From Auanema rhodensis (lineage: Eukaryota; Animalia; Nematoda), in assembly GCA_964057225.1 (NCBI GenBank), contig OZ059897.1, forward strand, positions 15,314,001 through 15,378,000: a stretch of DNA of 64,000 nucleotides, given 5' to 3'. The position numbers and the translations under genes were made by a program. Shown in pieces: positions 12,284 to 26,770 of this stretch (its first letter is position 1; each line of letters begins with the position of its first letter). A model generated the notes under the pieces. The model ran no database searches. It was not told the origin of the DNA and saw nothing but the letters and a program-made list of their open reading frames with translations.

Positions 12284-12753
12284 GTTTTAATGATTTACCT
12301 CGTTAGTCCTGTAAATATTTGCTTTTACCATGACGTTCCATTACTATACGGGTGTTTTAACTTATGTGTTTCCGTTGTATAGTATAGAATAACTTTATTA
12401 GTTTGAATTGTTAGTTTATATATGTATATTACTATGTTGTATATATAGTTGTTTTATAATAAATGTATTTTTATTAAATTTTTAAATATTTAAGAAACAC
12501 AACCGTTTTCTCCAAATAACATTTTCAAAATGAAACTTTTTTCTTTTTTTTCAAAATTTTATGTTAATTTTTCATTTCTTTTTCATTATTTACGTCACTT
12601 GTCACGTAAATAACTAATTTACAATTCGATTTATCAATAATGAAAATCGATATTCTTTGCTTATTTTGTTTTGTGAACAATTTAAAATAATCTTTATTTT
12701 CATGGCCATGATACAAAATATAGTAAGTTAAGTAAGAATATTGTGAGTCCAAT

Positions 12754-13018
12754 TTATAATACGTGGACTTTGCCTAATGCTTCCTCTAATGTGGTAATTT
12801 CGCCTATAATGATTACAACTTAAAATGAGTTTTGAAATGTAGAAAAACTCACTCTTGATCTCACGAGCCAGTCTCTGAATCTCAGAAACCTTATCCAACA
12901 CCTCAACACGTTGAGTGTAAGCGTTATAACGAACTTGGAAAGGGCGTGGAATAGTAGAAGCCCAAGCCCTGTGGCTCAAATGGCTCAACTCTTGGCCGAA
13001 AATATTAATAAATATTAT
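12754..13018 (-). pseudogene. pah-1 3' fragment 3
   Basis: As fragment 1, +6368. Confidence 0.9.
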
Positions 13019-13354
13019 TTTTTATTCCTTTTGAATGCCTTTATTTGTATGTATTTTGATAGTATTTTGAAAAAAAAAGATTCTTGAATAAGCTAGAATG
13101 ACCGAGAAATTTCTAGCATCATCTTGTTGTTGTGGCTGAGTCATGTTAGATAAGTGCGAGAGAGTGTGTGCTTATGAGAGAGCGCAGAAGAACTTTCGCG
13201 AAAGAGCGCGATAATTCTCCAATTTTGATATATAAGAACCGTGGTTCAATCATTCAGCACCCCAGAATCTCAGAAAATTATCTGATATCTACATTCTACA
13301 ACTGCTATTCAAAACTATTATCATTTACTCTTTATATTCAATTGATATTCCAAA

Positions 13355-15467
13355 ATGTCGACATCAAAAGCCATTGGAATTGATCTTGGGACTACCTATT
13401 CTTGTGTAGCCGTCTATCAAAACGGAAAAGTAAGTTGAATTTTCTTAGTTTATGAACTTTAAATTTCAATTTGATTGTTTAGGTTGAAATCATAGCTAAT
13501 GATCAAGGAAATAAGACCACTCCCTCATATGTAGCTTTCACTGATTCTGAACGATTAGTTGGTGACGGAGCCAAGGACCAAGCTGCCCGTAATCCACAGG
13601 GTACTGTATTCGATGCAAAGCGATTGATTGGTCGCCAATTCAATGATTCTCAAATCCAAGATGATCTCAAGAATTTGCCGTTCGCTGTTAAAAACAAAGG
13701 TGGAAAACCAGTAATAGAGGTAAGTAAATTCAGACTTTCCAATTTTCTTTTCAATTTTACTCATTTTCAATGAACGCGACTGATTTCTATGTTTTAGGTT
13801 GAATATAAGGCTGAGAAACGCCAATTTAATCCTGAAGAAATCTCTGCCATGGTCCTCACTAAGATGAAAGAAACTGCTGAAACATATCTTGGACACTCTG
13901 TGAGAGATGCTGTTATCACCGTTCCAGCCTACTTCAATGACAGTCAACGTCAGGCAACTAAGGATGCTGCTACCATCGCTGGTTTAAATGCTATCAGGAT
14001 CGTGAATGAACCAACAGCTGCTGCTCTTGCTTATGGCTTGGATAAGAGCATGGATGGAGACCGCAACGTCCTCATCTTTGATCTCGGAGGTGGAACTTTC
14101 GATGTCTCCATTCTCCAGATTTGCGAGGGATCCCTCTTTGAAGTTCTCTCAACTTCCGGAAACACCCATCTTGGAGGAGAAGACTTTGATCAGAGACTTC
14201 TTCAACACTTTGTCGCTGAATTCAAGAGAAAACACAACAAGGACATCACTTCGAATCCTCGAGCTCTCAGAAGACTTCGTACTGCCTGCGAACGTGCCAA
14301 GAGAACTCTTTCGAGCTCTGTTGAAGCCATTGTTGAAGTTGATTCCCTATATGAAGGCATCGACTTCTGCTCTACTCTAACCAGAGCACGATTCGAAGAA
14401 CTTTGCAACGACTTGTTCCGCTCAACCTTAGATTCCGTGGAAAGAGCCTTATCAGATGCCAAGTTGGATAAATCCAAGATTCACGAGATTGTACTCGTTG
14501 GAGGATCAACTCGCATTCCTCGAGTACAGAAGCTTCTTCGAGACTTCTTCAACGGTCGTGAACTCAATTGTTCAATCAATCCTGATGAGGCTGTCGCTTA
14601 TGGAGCTGCCGTTCAAGCTGCTGTGCTCTCCGGAATTCAAGATCAAGGAATAAAGGATGTGCTCCTGGTCGATGTAGCTCCATTGAGTCTTGGTATCGAA
14701 ACTGCTGGAGGAATTATGACCAACATCATCGAACGAAACACTCGTATTCCTACCAAATCTAGCAAGATCTTTTCAACCTATTCTGATAATCAACCTGGAG
14801 TCACTATTCAAGTATTCGAAGGAGAACGTGCTATGACTCGTGACAACCACAGTCTGGGATTGTTTGAGCTTTCTGGAATCCCTCCTGCTCCAAGAGGTGT
14901 TCCTCAGATCGAAGTAACCTTCAACGTCGATGCTAACGGAATCCTGAACGTCAGCGCTGAGGACAAGTCTACCGGAAAACGCAATCAAATCACCATCAAG
15001 AACGAGAAAGGACGTCTGAGTCAAGCTGAGATTGAACGCATGCTGAGTGATGCGAAGAAGTTTGAGCATGAAGACAACATGACCCGTAATCGTACGACCG
15101 CTCGTAACAAGTTGGAATCCTATACTTATCAAGTAAGTTAACTTATATCATATAGTTGAATTGATCTTATATTCTTTCTTTCCAGATAACTCAAGCACTA
15201 GATGAGCATGCAAACAAGTTGTCTTCTGAGGATCGTAATCGAGCACGAGCAGCTTGTGATGACACAATCAGATGGATTGATTCTAACCAAACTGCTGAGG
15301 TTGATGAATATGAGCACAAGCAGAAGGAGTTGGAACAGATTTGCCAATCTATCATGGCTAAGATTCATCAAGCTGGATCACAGTCTTGTGGTAACCAACA
15401 GACCAACACAGGCTTCTCACCAGGAAATCATCCATCCAGTGGACCAACAGTCGAAGAAGTCGACTAA
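13355..15467 (+). CDS. hsp-70: Hsp70 copy 4
   Basis: Same as copy 1 (+9552). Confidence 0.95.
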
Positions 15468-15937
15468 GTTTTAATGATTTACCTCGTTAGTCCTGTAAAT
15501 ATTTGCTTTTACCATGACGTTCCATTACTATACGGGTGTTTTAACTTATGTGTTTCCGTTGTATAGTATAGAATAACTTTATTAGTTTGAATTGTTAGTT
15601 TATATATGTATATTACTATGTTGTATATATAGTTGTTTTATAATAAATGTATTTTTATTAAATTTTTAAATATTTAAGAAACACAACCGTTTTCTCCAAA
15701 TAACATTTTCAAAATGAAACTTTTTTCTTTTTTTTCAAAATTTTATGTTAATTTTTCATTTCTTTTTCATTATTTACGTCACTTGTCACGTAAATAACTA
15801 ATTTACAATTCGATTTATCAATAATGAAAATCGATATTCTTTGCTTATTTTGTTTTGTGAACAATTTAAAATAATCTTTATTTTCATGGCCATGATACAA
15901 AATATAGTAAGTTAAGTAAGAATATTGTGAGTCCAAT

Positions 15938-18900
15938 TTATAATACGTGGACTTTGCCTAATGCTTCCTCTAATGTGGTAATTTCGCCTATAATGATTAC
16001 AACTTAAAATGAGTTTTGAAATGTAGAAAAACTCACTCTTGATCTCACGAGCCAGTCTCTGAATCTCAGAAACCTTATCCAACACCTCAACACGTTGAGT
16101 GTAAGCGTTATAACGAACTTGGAAAGGGCGTGGAATAGTAGAAGCCCAAGCCCTGTAAATTTATAAATAAATATTAATATATATTCTATATATTAAAAAT
16201 TTTGTTTTATATATATTTATGTATAAATAACTTACTTTAATTTATTCTTTGCGTTAGCGAATGACTCAGCTAAGAAGTATTTTGGCTGGTACTCAGTGAT
16301 TGGATATTTAGTTTTAGATGTGATAGAAGGCTCAAATGGCTCAACTACTGGCTGAAAATATTAATTAATATTATTTTATTATTCAATATCTATACCTTAT
16401 CACTGAGGGAATATTGTAATTCACCAAATGAACTGAGAAGACCGGCTCCATATGCTTTCTTCTCTCCATCTTCATCACAAAGTCCAAACTCAATGGTGAA
16501 CCAGTAAAGCTATACATATCATTTTATATTTTTAAATAACTTTTCAAACGTACAGTAGCCAATTGTTCAATAACATCATCTGTAGCTCCAAGTGAAGCTA
16601 ATCCAATTTCTTGTGAAAATTGGGCAAATTCAACATCGGCGAATAGAGGTACATGACCTAATAATTCGTGGCAAATATCACTGCAAATTTGATTGAATTT
16701 AAAGATTATCATTAAGAATAGTGTTTACGGTTCCGGAGTATATTTAGGATCTGAATGATGACGGATGTACTGAGTGGAATGGAAAACACGGAAAGCTAAA
16801 CCAGCAAGGAAATCACGAGATGACAATAATCCAGCAACTGGTCGAAGTGTAAATCCAGTACAATCTATAATAAATAATTATAAAAACAATTCTTTATTAT
16901 TATAATATTTATAATTTTATTTACATACCATGTAGGAAATCAGAAATATCTTGAAGTTGTGGAATGCTATCAGGGCCAAATCCACAATTTTGTTGAAGAA
17001 GAGGAAAGATGTAATTGAATTCTTTACAAGCATGTGTCTTATACAAGGTAGTTAATTGATCATAAACAGTCTTCCAAGTACTAATTTCTTGTTCAGAATA
17101 TTCAATTCTTGGAATTCTATCTCCACTATAATATAAATATAAATAATAATAATAATAATATAACTAACTGTTTATAGTTAAAAGCAATATCAGCAAAGTA
17201 TTTACGACGTTGTCTATATACTTCATCAGTGAATCCCTTCAAAATTATTAAAATTAGTAAATGATAAATTAAAATTAATTAAATGAATATCAGAAATACT
17301 ATTCAGAAATGTTTTAACTAACAGGGTGATCAGAATCCAATTCAGCTCCATAACTCAAAATACGGTTAGCAAACTGATCAATGTCAGAAATTTTTTTTGG
17401 GAACCATGGAACAGAATCTAAAAAAGTAAAAAATATATAAATAAATATGAATATTTTACCTTTATTTTGTTTACTTTTAGCATTCCAATCTTGAACAATC
17501 AATCCATCACCATGTTTTTTAAATAATTGAATAATTTCTTCAATTTTCTTTTGATCAGCATCAGCTTCACATTCAACCAAAATTTCGTAGCATCCACTAT
17601 GATTCTTTGATGGTCTTGATTCAATATGAGATAAATTAACTTGATGGGTCTTAAAATAAAAAAAATTAGTTAATGATCAAAGTACATGCAAAATTCTTTA
17701 AAATTTTAATTAAATCAGTTTTTTATATTCTTTTAAAACATTTTTTTTGTTAAATTGATATGTAAGATGATATATAAGATGATAAATGAAAATTCTGTCT
17801 ATCTATTGTACTTATAGATTAATTAAATTAAAAATTTTGATTAATTTAATTATATTAATTATTAATTCATTTCATTTAATAAAAAAAAAAGAAAGAAAAG
17901 ATATTAATTTCTTAAATCAAGTTTTCATAAATCAATTTAATTATTAAAGAAATATTTATTAGATTTATATTTATTATTATATTATTTCAATTAAAATAAT
18001 ATTCAATTGCTATTTCTTTAAAATAATTTAAGGATTTGTATATTTTTTTCTTAAATGATACGGTAATTTAATGTTTGAATTTTAAACATTTTCTTTCTTT
18101 TTATCAGAAAATACATAAAATTTCATTTAAGTGTTAAAACCTTTTCATACCATAAATGTTTTTTTTTATTTATTTAATTCTAATTCTTCTTTTCAATACT
18201 ATACAAACTATACATATCATTTATCTTACAATTTATTCAGAATATGTTCTTTTCTCCTTTTTTAACTTTATATTTCTCTTTTCTCATGATAATGATGCAA
18301 TTAGAATTCTTTTTAACAACACTCTGACGATCACATTTCCAAAAGATATTAGATGTCATTGAAAAGACAACTAATTTGATTACCTTTTTTAGACTTTTGC
18401 TATCCAAAAAGATAATTAAACACATTTTATAGAAGATGTCATAAACTCTAATGAAGACGAAGAAAAAGAAAAAAAAGGCAACGATGACGAACGAAGTTAA
18501 CGACGTCAAAAGACAACGTGGTGGAAGACGTCAAATGATAAAAGTACTCAATTTCATCTGAGATCAACTGATCATCAGCAGAGAGAACCAGAGGTCACGG
18601 GTCTCAATTCATGACGAAGACGTGACAAAAGCAGGAATCCGATATCGCGTGAATAAGCTGATGAACCGATGTTAACAAACTTGGCAAATCGTATTCTAGA
18701 GCTTTTCACATGAAAATTATTATAAATTTTAGGAGAAAAAGCTCAAATATAGAAAATAACTGAAAATCTTTAACTATATCCAAATAAATATATTAATTAT
18801 AATATATTATATGATATAATGATTGAAATGAAGAAATTTGTATATCGCGGGGGATGTAAATCAAGATTGAGATAATTGAAGCAAGAAATGGCTTTTATTC

Positions 18901-19606
18901 AATTGATATGTGAATTTTAGAAAAACATCTTAAATGAATATAATAATATTATAAAAAATAAAATAAAATATGTTTTAACTATATTGTTTTTTGATTATTA
19001 TCATCTAATTAATTGATTAATTGAACACTTATTCAATATGTTCAAATATTGTTTTTCCTTCTTTATATTTAAGTTTATTGAAATAAACATTCTATAGACA
19101 GGTTATAGAATCTTTGTTTGAATTCAGACAAAATTACAAATAAAGTATTCTTTTCCTTTTTATTATTTTTATTTAATTAATTTTTAAATTAATTGTTGTT
19201 TCATAGTATACCTGGAATACTCGAAGAGTTTCAGCTAATGCTCCAGCTTGTTCCTTCAAAGTAAAAATGATGGTTGTACGTCCACCATCTTTGTTGATAT
19301 CAGCAACGTATGATTCCATTGCGTATTTCTGCAGAAAAAAATTGATATAATATGAAAGAAGTTTTATCAAATTGTTCTTGAGATTATATAAATCTTTATA
19401 TTTATATAATATTTTATTTAAATATTTAAATAATTAGTAAGAAGATAGAGAAAATAAATGAATTATATGAAAAGTTATGATAAAATGATAGACAAGAAAA
19501 TGGATTTATATGTATAACTGAGCAGAATAATCAAGCTTTAACATGAGAATTTTGATAATTTTTCAAAACTTACAAGTAAATCTTCATTTATTTGTGCAGG
19601 AGGCAT
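15938..19606 (-). CDS. pah-1: Phenylalanine-4-hydroxylase (ACT domain + biopterin-dependent hydroxylase domain), multi-exon
   Basis: [11 protein letters not shown]|[117 protein letters not shown], ending GKVHVL*. Confidence 0.96.
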
Positions 19607-20355
19607 GCTTCAAACACTTAACGTTAGGAATGAGAATTTGGAAAGCAAAATGACGGTAATAGATAGGCGGAGCTTATTTAGCAAGTCGTGCTAGAGTCTT
19701 TGATTATCACGTGTCTTAAGAAGAAAAAAAGGAAAAAGAAAAAAAAAGTGAGATGAAGATGATATAGTTGACAATCTGATAGACAAATTAAATTATCAGT
19801 TTATGATTAAACATTATAATTAATGAATTAACAAGTCACATTATAGGAGAAAAGACAAGAGGTGGTGAGAGGGGTGGCGAATGGTGGTAAGGATTCCATT
19901 TAATTTTGATAAACAGGTAAGAAGTTTTGTAATGGGGGCTCATGTCATTAGAACAGAATGAGAGCAATTACAAACGATTGTCAAGCAAATTTAATAGCTG
20001 AAAACTTGAATATAAATGGTCCGTGGTATGCATGTTCAAAGAAGGATTCACAAAAAATTTGACGACACATCAAGTTTGCAATACAAAAAGTTTGTCTTAA
20101 AAACTAACTTGTCACTGGCAGATGGAGATGTTCAAACCACGATAAGGACCTGAACATTAGAAGCTCATAGAGTATGCTCGTAAGAACTTGAATTTTGAAA
20201 AGAAAAAATTATGAAAAAGAGTAATAAAACGGACTGAATGCTTTTACATCATGTTTTTGATGATTTTGATCAAAATTCATTTCATCAAACCGTGTCAAAA
20301 GACGTTAATGAGATGAGGATAAGAACAGTGTAGTATGAAAGAGAATTTAAAGCTT

Positions 20356-20357
<2 letters not shown>

Positions 20358-20450
<93 letters not shown>

Positions 20451-20472
20451 AAGAGAGAGAGAGAAAGAGAGA
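20358..20472. repeat. (GA)n microsatellite, about 115 bp
   Basis: Direct observation. Confidence 0.97.
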
Positions 20473-23400
20473 AGTAGGTACATTGACATTCTATGTTAAC
20501 TATATAACAAATCTAATTTAAAGTAATAAATCATTAGAAGAAAAAGATTTTTTTCAAATTTCTAAGATTTTATTTGAAGAAATACATATTTCATGTTATT
20601 TTTATATAATAAATATATTTATATAAGTTAAATATTTTGTTTTTTTTCATTTAAAAACAAATTTTTTCAACTTTATAAACTACTAAATGAAAAATAGCTT
20701 GTGATTTCGATGATAGAAAATGATTTTCATGACACAAAAAGAAATGAAGAAATAGCTTTGATTATGTTCATATTCTGTCATTCATTACCCCATACCCACT
20801 CCCCCCCCCCCCTCTCTCTTATTCAACCAATATTGGATGAAATATCAGTTAAAAACCGGCCACCAGCAGAAAACTGTTAATTGAGCTCATTAATCATTGT
20901 TGTTGATATACTTTCATATGTGATCAAAAGATTTTTCATAATAATAATTTAATTTTTCACATATAAACTCAAATTCCTCCTAAACTAAAATAATTTTTAT
21001 ATAAAAGATCATTTTAACAAATAAATATAGTAAAATCGTAAAAGAACAATTTTCGTTGAAACATAAGAGATTTTTTGGATCTTTCTTCAAACCAAAAAAG
21101 GGTTAAAAACGAACATTCTGATCGTTTATAATTTTACAACAACATGATGATCCGTTGTCGAACATTCCAGTTACAAAATTTTTGATTAAATCGTTTAAAA
21201 GGAAAATAAAGAAAAAATGACTCGAAAGATCGAGTAAATTAATTTATATTAAATTATTTTTAATTAAAGAATATATTCTTTATATTAAATAAATCAATAA
21301 TTTATTGAAATAAACAGGTTATTATGATAAAGATTATCTTTCTAAAAATATCAATAAAATATATTATAATTTAAATAATTATATAATTTTTAAAAATTAT
21401 TTTAAATAAATAAAAAGATTTAAATAAAAATAAAATAAACAAACCTTAATTTGATGCATATTTTGTATAATATTTAATAAAAATATTAGAAGAAGAGATT
21501 ATTTGGTTATTACTACTATTAACTAACTAATCTGTTAACTATTTATATAGATATCATATAGATTATCTATATTAGATCTTAAATATATGATCTTTTATTG
21601 ATTTATTTTATATATTAACAACAAATAAGGTTATTTATAATATAATAATAATAATATTTTGATTATTTATTATCAAAATTATAATTTTTTTCTTATTTTC
21701 TTTGTAATGTTTCTTTTTTTTTCAAATATTGTTCTCATTTTTATATTATAGTTAGTATAATAATAAATTGATGATTATATATGTAATTTTATTTTTAAAA
21801 AAACATATTAAATTACTCCGATATGTTATTAAATTCATTCAAATCTCATCATTTTTTTCATAAATATTTGAAAAAAATAATATATATCAGGTTTTCATTG
21901 TTCATATTCCCACAACTAATTCTATAATCACTATGATTCTGAAGCAGAATGTTGTCGAGAAAATAGTAGGTTTCGTTTCGAAATTGTTAGCAACTAAGGT
22001 CATATTCAGGTTAACGAGGCTTTGCAATCGAACCACGTCTACGGAATGACCATTAATGGGCAACGTCGTCAGCTATCTGCATCCGAAATCTTAAGATTTT
22101 AAAATTAAACAGCAAAGATAACACATAAATTCAAATAAATGTTTATTTATGTATATTCACATAGTAATATATTGAATAAAATATTAGAAGATATACAATA
22201 TCCATGAAGAAAGAGATGAGCTTAAGGATGTGTGAAAATCCATGGTAACCACCTTTCACTACCTTGCTAAGAAGGATCTATTTCCAATTGTATACATATA
22301 CATGAATGTATAGTTAAGTATATGATATAATTAAATTTCTAATATAGATATATTTATATTTTCGTTTGAATATTGATATGTATGTTGATATGTTAATCCT
22401 TGTTTAACTTTTATTTTAAGTTTTTAAAGATTATTTTCTTTTTTATTATATATATATATATATATATATATATCATATCATATAATAATAATAATAATAA
22501 TATTTGAGGTTGTTATGAAAATAATGAAAGAGATCCTCTCTATAACTGGATCATTGAATACTTAATATGATGTCAAGATTTGCCTCTAAATGAGCGTGAG
22601 ATAATAATATCTAAAGAGAGTTGCTATAAGGAATATAGATGATAGATAGATTATAAAGTAAGAGATATATGGGATAAATGAACTGTTCAAGAGAGCGAGG
22701 GATGGCTAGAGATGATGAGAGTATGAGACTGACGACGTCATCTGAGACTAACCTTGAGTTGAGGAGCCATGGACTAAGTGACGTTCAGGTCCTCACAGTC
22801 ATTGCATACTATACTCTTCTATCTATGTAAAATCAGCTGAATATCTATGAGATAGAGAGAGAGCATTAGAAGATCAGAGAAAAAGCAAAAGAGATTGTAT
22901 GAACGGGTAGGAGAGGTTGAAGTCAGGTCAGATATGTCCTTGACGACAGGCCATTGATACTCTTCTACCATACATACGTATACCGTCCGTCAGTTTGTCA
23001 GAAGGCTCACATACGCACAGAAATGTCTTTGTTTGTCTGTCCTCTCTCTCTATCTCTTTCTCAATTCTATATATCTCTCTTCAAACTACATGTTCATCAT
23101 TCTGTTCTCTCACTTTCTCTCTCATTTTCTTTCTTTGAACTGATGTCGAAGCCGATTTTCTCATAAACACTGGAATCTACCTCTGAGCGACATTGATGAT
23201 GATGATGACGATGTTCAAATTTTTCTTTTCAAACATATTCTTTCCCTTCTTAATCTACTTTTCTCTTCGCCGCCACCCCATCTCCCTCCCATTTAGAGCT
23301 TTTCCTTTGAATCTTAAGCACAAACGTTGTTCAACAGTTCCTGATTATAGCTACTTCACCTCATATTTTTTGAATTATTAAAATCAAAATGATTCGAATA

Positions 23401-25007
23401 TAGTTTTTTCTTTACTATATCATATAATTAAGAATATTTATTAATAATTATTCAAATAAGTTCTTCTTTTACTTCACCTTGTGACAAATATAATTAATAG
23501 ATTTCTTTTGTATTCTTATAAGGTCACGACCATCATCTTTCAGTTTTTTTCAATAAAGAATATGTGCTGCCAGTCAATGATCTCAACTATCTTCAGATGT
23601 ATCGTCTTCCTTGCCATCTATCTATTACCGACAACAACCAATCAACCTTTTGTACTTTTTGTGTCTCACACCTCGTCCAGCTCTCCCCCCCCCTCCCGCC
23701 ACCTACAGTCCTAACATACCATATATCTCTCTTTCTTTCTCTTTCCATCTCATTTACAATTATCTTATTTCATTAACATTTTTTCTCTTTCTTCTTCAAA
23801 CTATTAATATTTCATTCTAAAATTCACATAAAAAGTTTTAATAACCAAAAGTTTCAAAAAAAAAATCTCGTTTTACAGATATTTTTCCGGTACAATAGTT
23901 GCCAGCCATAGCTTAACCTTAGCCCACCTGGTGCGACCTCTGTTGTCGTTCCTGTCTAATGCCTTCATCTCTTTTTCTGTAACTCTCATACCTCATTCAT
24001 TTCCTTCTCTCATCTCTTGTAGTATCTCTCTTTTTCCTATTTTTGTCTCTGTCTTTTCAATCTAATTGTACCTTCTCTTACCTTCTTTGCATATAGAGAT
24101 CTATTGATCGACCTTCGGCCTCTGTTTATTCTTTTAGCCACCCTCTCTCAATAACCCTTTTTGGGACAAACACCCCATAACTGCCCCTTATTAGACTTAC
24201 TTGCCTTCCGGTTTATTTTGTCATTTTACCTTGTTTCTTCATTTGAAACATATAATTTTACTAATTTATTCCATTCTGTTGATCAATCTCGGAATAACTT
24301 CGGTAGTTGAATTATTTGATTATTCATACATCTTATAGAATATTATAATATTTTATAATTACAAATAATCTTATAGATTTATTATTTCATCTAAATTTCC
24401 CTTCATTTTATCAAAATTATTTATTTTTTTCCTTTTAAAATGTTCCCAAAAAAAGTTAAATTTCCAAATTTCATGTCACTAATAGAACAGGTCAAAGATA
24501 CAACCTCCATGTCATTTCCTTAAGTTGCTTGTCCTTTATATGGTCACATTAAGATTCTGAAAACTGTATCCGTCCAGCCATTACATCTATTCTGACTTGG
24601 CTATTTGAGGTAGTGGTCAACGAATTGTTCATCTTCCATCTCTTTTGCCTGTTCTTCTTTCCTTCGGCACTTCATCAAGCCAGATTTCGAACCTTTCCTC
24701 TGAATACTCATCTATTCGTCATTCTCTTGTCCTCACAGTTGGAAGTATAAAATTCAGATCGAGGATTCACGACGTCAATTTCATCTAATTATCGATCGTT
24801 TTGTCTATTTTATGTATTCATTTTCTTTTTTTTTCTTTCTCATCCATTTTGCCGTTCCAATTTTTAGTACCGATTACCTTTTGTATATCCTTAATCGCAT
24901 CTTACCTACCCCTTTCAATTCAATACTTCATTTTATATATTTTTTTCAAATTTTCTATACATTCTTCAAATCTATTCATATATTTGATCCATTTGTTACA
25001 GTTAAAA

Positions 25008-26770
25008 ATGGTCGAAAGGCCACCTTTACCACCTCGCACATCATCCAGCCTTCCAAGTAGAGTTACCTTTGAAGGAGTAAGTTCATTGTAGCTTCTTATT
25101 CATATTTTAATTTCGAAAAAAACCCGTTCAAGATGTAAAAAAATACAAAAATGATTTGAAAAAATGCTTATTGAAGCGATGGATTATTTATTTTTCCAGG
25201 CTCAAACATGGCGTGAATCACTTGCAGCTTTTGTAGCAATAATATTAGGAATTGCAGTATTTGTAAGTTTATAAGAAAAAACGTTAAACTCATTGTAAAA
25301 ATGATTTTAGCTCTCAGTATTATGCTTAGGATTTTATGCATATCGTGATAAAGCTGTATACGAAGAATTGGTTGATTATCTTGATAAAACAATAAGTATT
25401 TCTAAAATTAATTATAATTCTATATTGGGATTATATCAATTAAGTACAAAAGAACTTGAAGCTTTGGGAAGTCAACGAACTGTAAGTTATAAATAAAAAT
25501 AATTTATTATAAATAATATAATATTTTTAGTATAAAACTATACTTTGGTGCTTTTTGGCTGCTGAATTAGCTTGTTATATCTTCATTTCTTTAATTATTC
25601 TTTTATATTTTACAACACAAGTTGGATATGGACGTTTAAAGATATTTTATTGGGTATATTATTATTATTATTATTATATTTATATAATTATATTTATTTA
25701 TTTTAGGCATTAGTTATTATTGGAGCTGTTTATTGTATATCAGAAATTCATTTATTTACATTTGTAATTTTGCCATATTCAGCTCAATTACCTAATACAA
25801 CTGAACAAGTTTGTTTTATTTATTATAACAAAAAGTTTTTAATTATTCAATTTTAGCTTCTGAATCATGCTATTCCACATAATCCAGGAGGCTTACAACA
25901 GATGGAAATGAGATTCTCTTGTATTTTTGATCACAACTTATATGCTGCTAATAGAAGAAGATTAAATCCTAGAGTATGTTTTTTTTTTTTTTTTTTTAAA
26001 AATTAAAAAATGAAGAAATATTTTGAAAATTTAAGATTTTATTAAAATTATTTTTTAGAATACATGTGATCCTCATATTGAAAGTTCATTCATATCTAAA
26101 CCAATTCTCTTTACTTTACTTGTTATTCGTCTATTACCTATCGTTATTGGAGTTCTTCTGATGGCTAAACGTACTCCATTCAGTGAATTAGTTGCTCAAA
26201 CAATTGAAAGAATTAAATCTCCAAAGAAACAAAGGTAAAATAATATTTATATTTAAAATTATATAATATTCTTATTTAATTATATATTTATTTAGATTAT
26301 ATGTTAAAAAACAACAACATGTCCAAAATACAACATATTCACCAGAAAAGAAAAGTACAACTTTTGGAGTTACAACTCCAATGCGAATGGCTAGCACACC
26401 ACTTCCTCCTATCCCATCACCATCAATTGATCATAGTATAAGGTATTTCATCTTCTTCTTTTCAATCTTTTTCTTATTTTATTTCTTTTTTTCAGTTATA
26501 ACAATGCTGCATACTTAGCTACATCGGGTGGCGGAATAAACTCATCTAGGAGCAGCGAAATCTCTCGAATCGATGCTAATGATCTCTTCAGGTAAATTTT
26601 AGTCCCGTTTGCTATTAAAATACAACTATTGTTGTTAAACATACTTCCCAATGGGATTAACTAATCTATTTTTGTTTGTGAAAAACAAAAAATTAGAAAA
26701 AGCTTAAAGTTATAGTTACAGGCCATCAATGTCTCATCATGCTAGTGGCAGTCTTCAATCTGAAGTATAA
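25008..26770 (+). CDS. Uncharacterised four-TM (tetraspan-like) membrane protein with a long cytoplasmic tail ending -SEV
   Basis: Spliced by eye: MVERPPLPPRTSS, SLAAFVAIILGIAVF, LYFGAFLAAELACYIFISLIILLYF, a Cys-containing loop (SCIFDHNL, NTCDPHI), PILFTLLVIRLLPIVIGVLLM, ending SGSLQSEV*. Consistent GT-AG introns. Confidence 0.75.

Larger units (their letters stand above)
3538..16156 (+). repeat. Tandem array, period 3184 bp, about 4 units (hsp70 + 3' end of pah-1 + junction cassette)
   Basis: Identical ORF sets at offsets of 3184 (4297, 7481, 10665, 13849). The last unit continues into intact pah-1 after 16156. Confidence 0.96.

Noticed and set aside
3538-16156. CRISPR-like or prokaryotic system
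   Set aside because: The sequence is intron-containing nematode DNA, and the repeats are whole-gene duplications without unique spacers.
20295-20489. ORFs rich in SLSLSL (also 22954, 36059, 36093, 37702, 37766)
   Set aside because: Translations of (CT)n/(GA)n microsatellites.
24590-24690. let-7-family-like sequence TGAGGTAGTGGTCAACGAATTG at 24606
   Set aside because: The seed matches, but only a short distal stem (tggct/agcca, tgaggt/acttca) can form around a long pyrimidine loop. This is not a credible pre-miRNA hairpin by eye.
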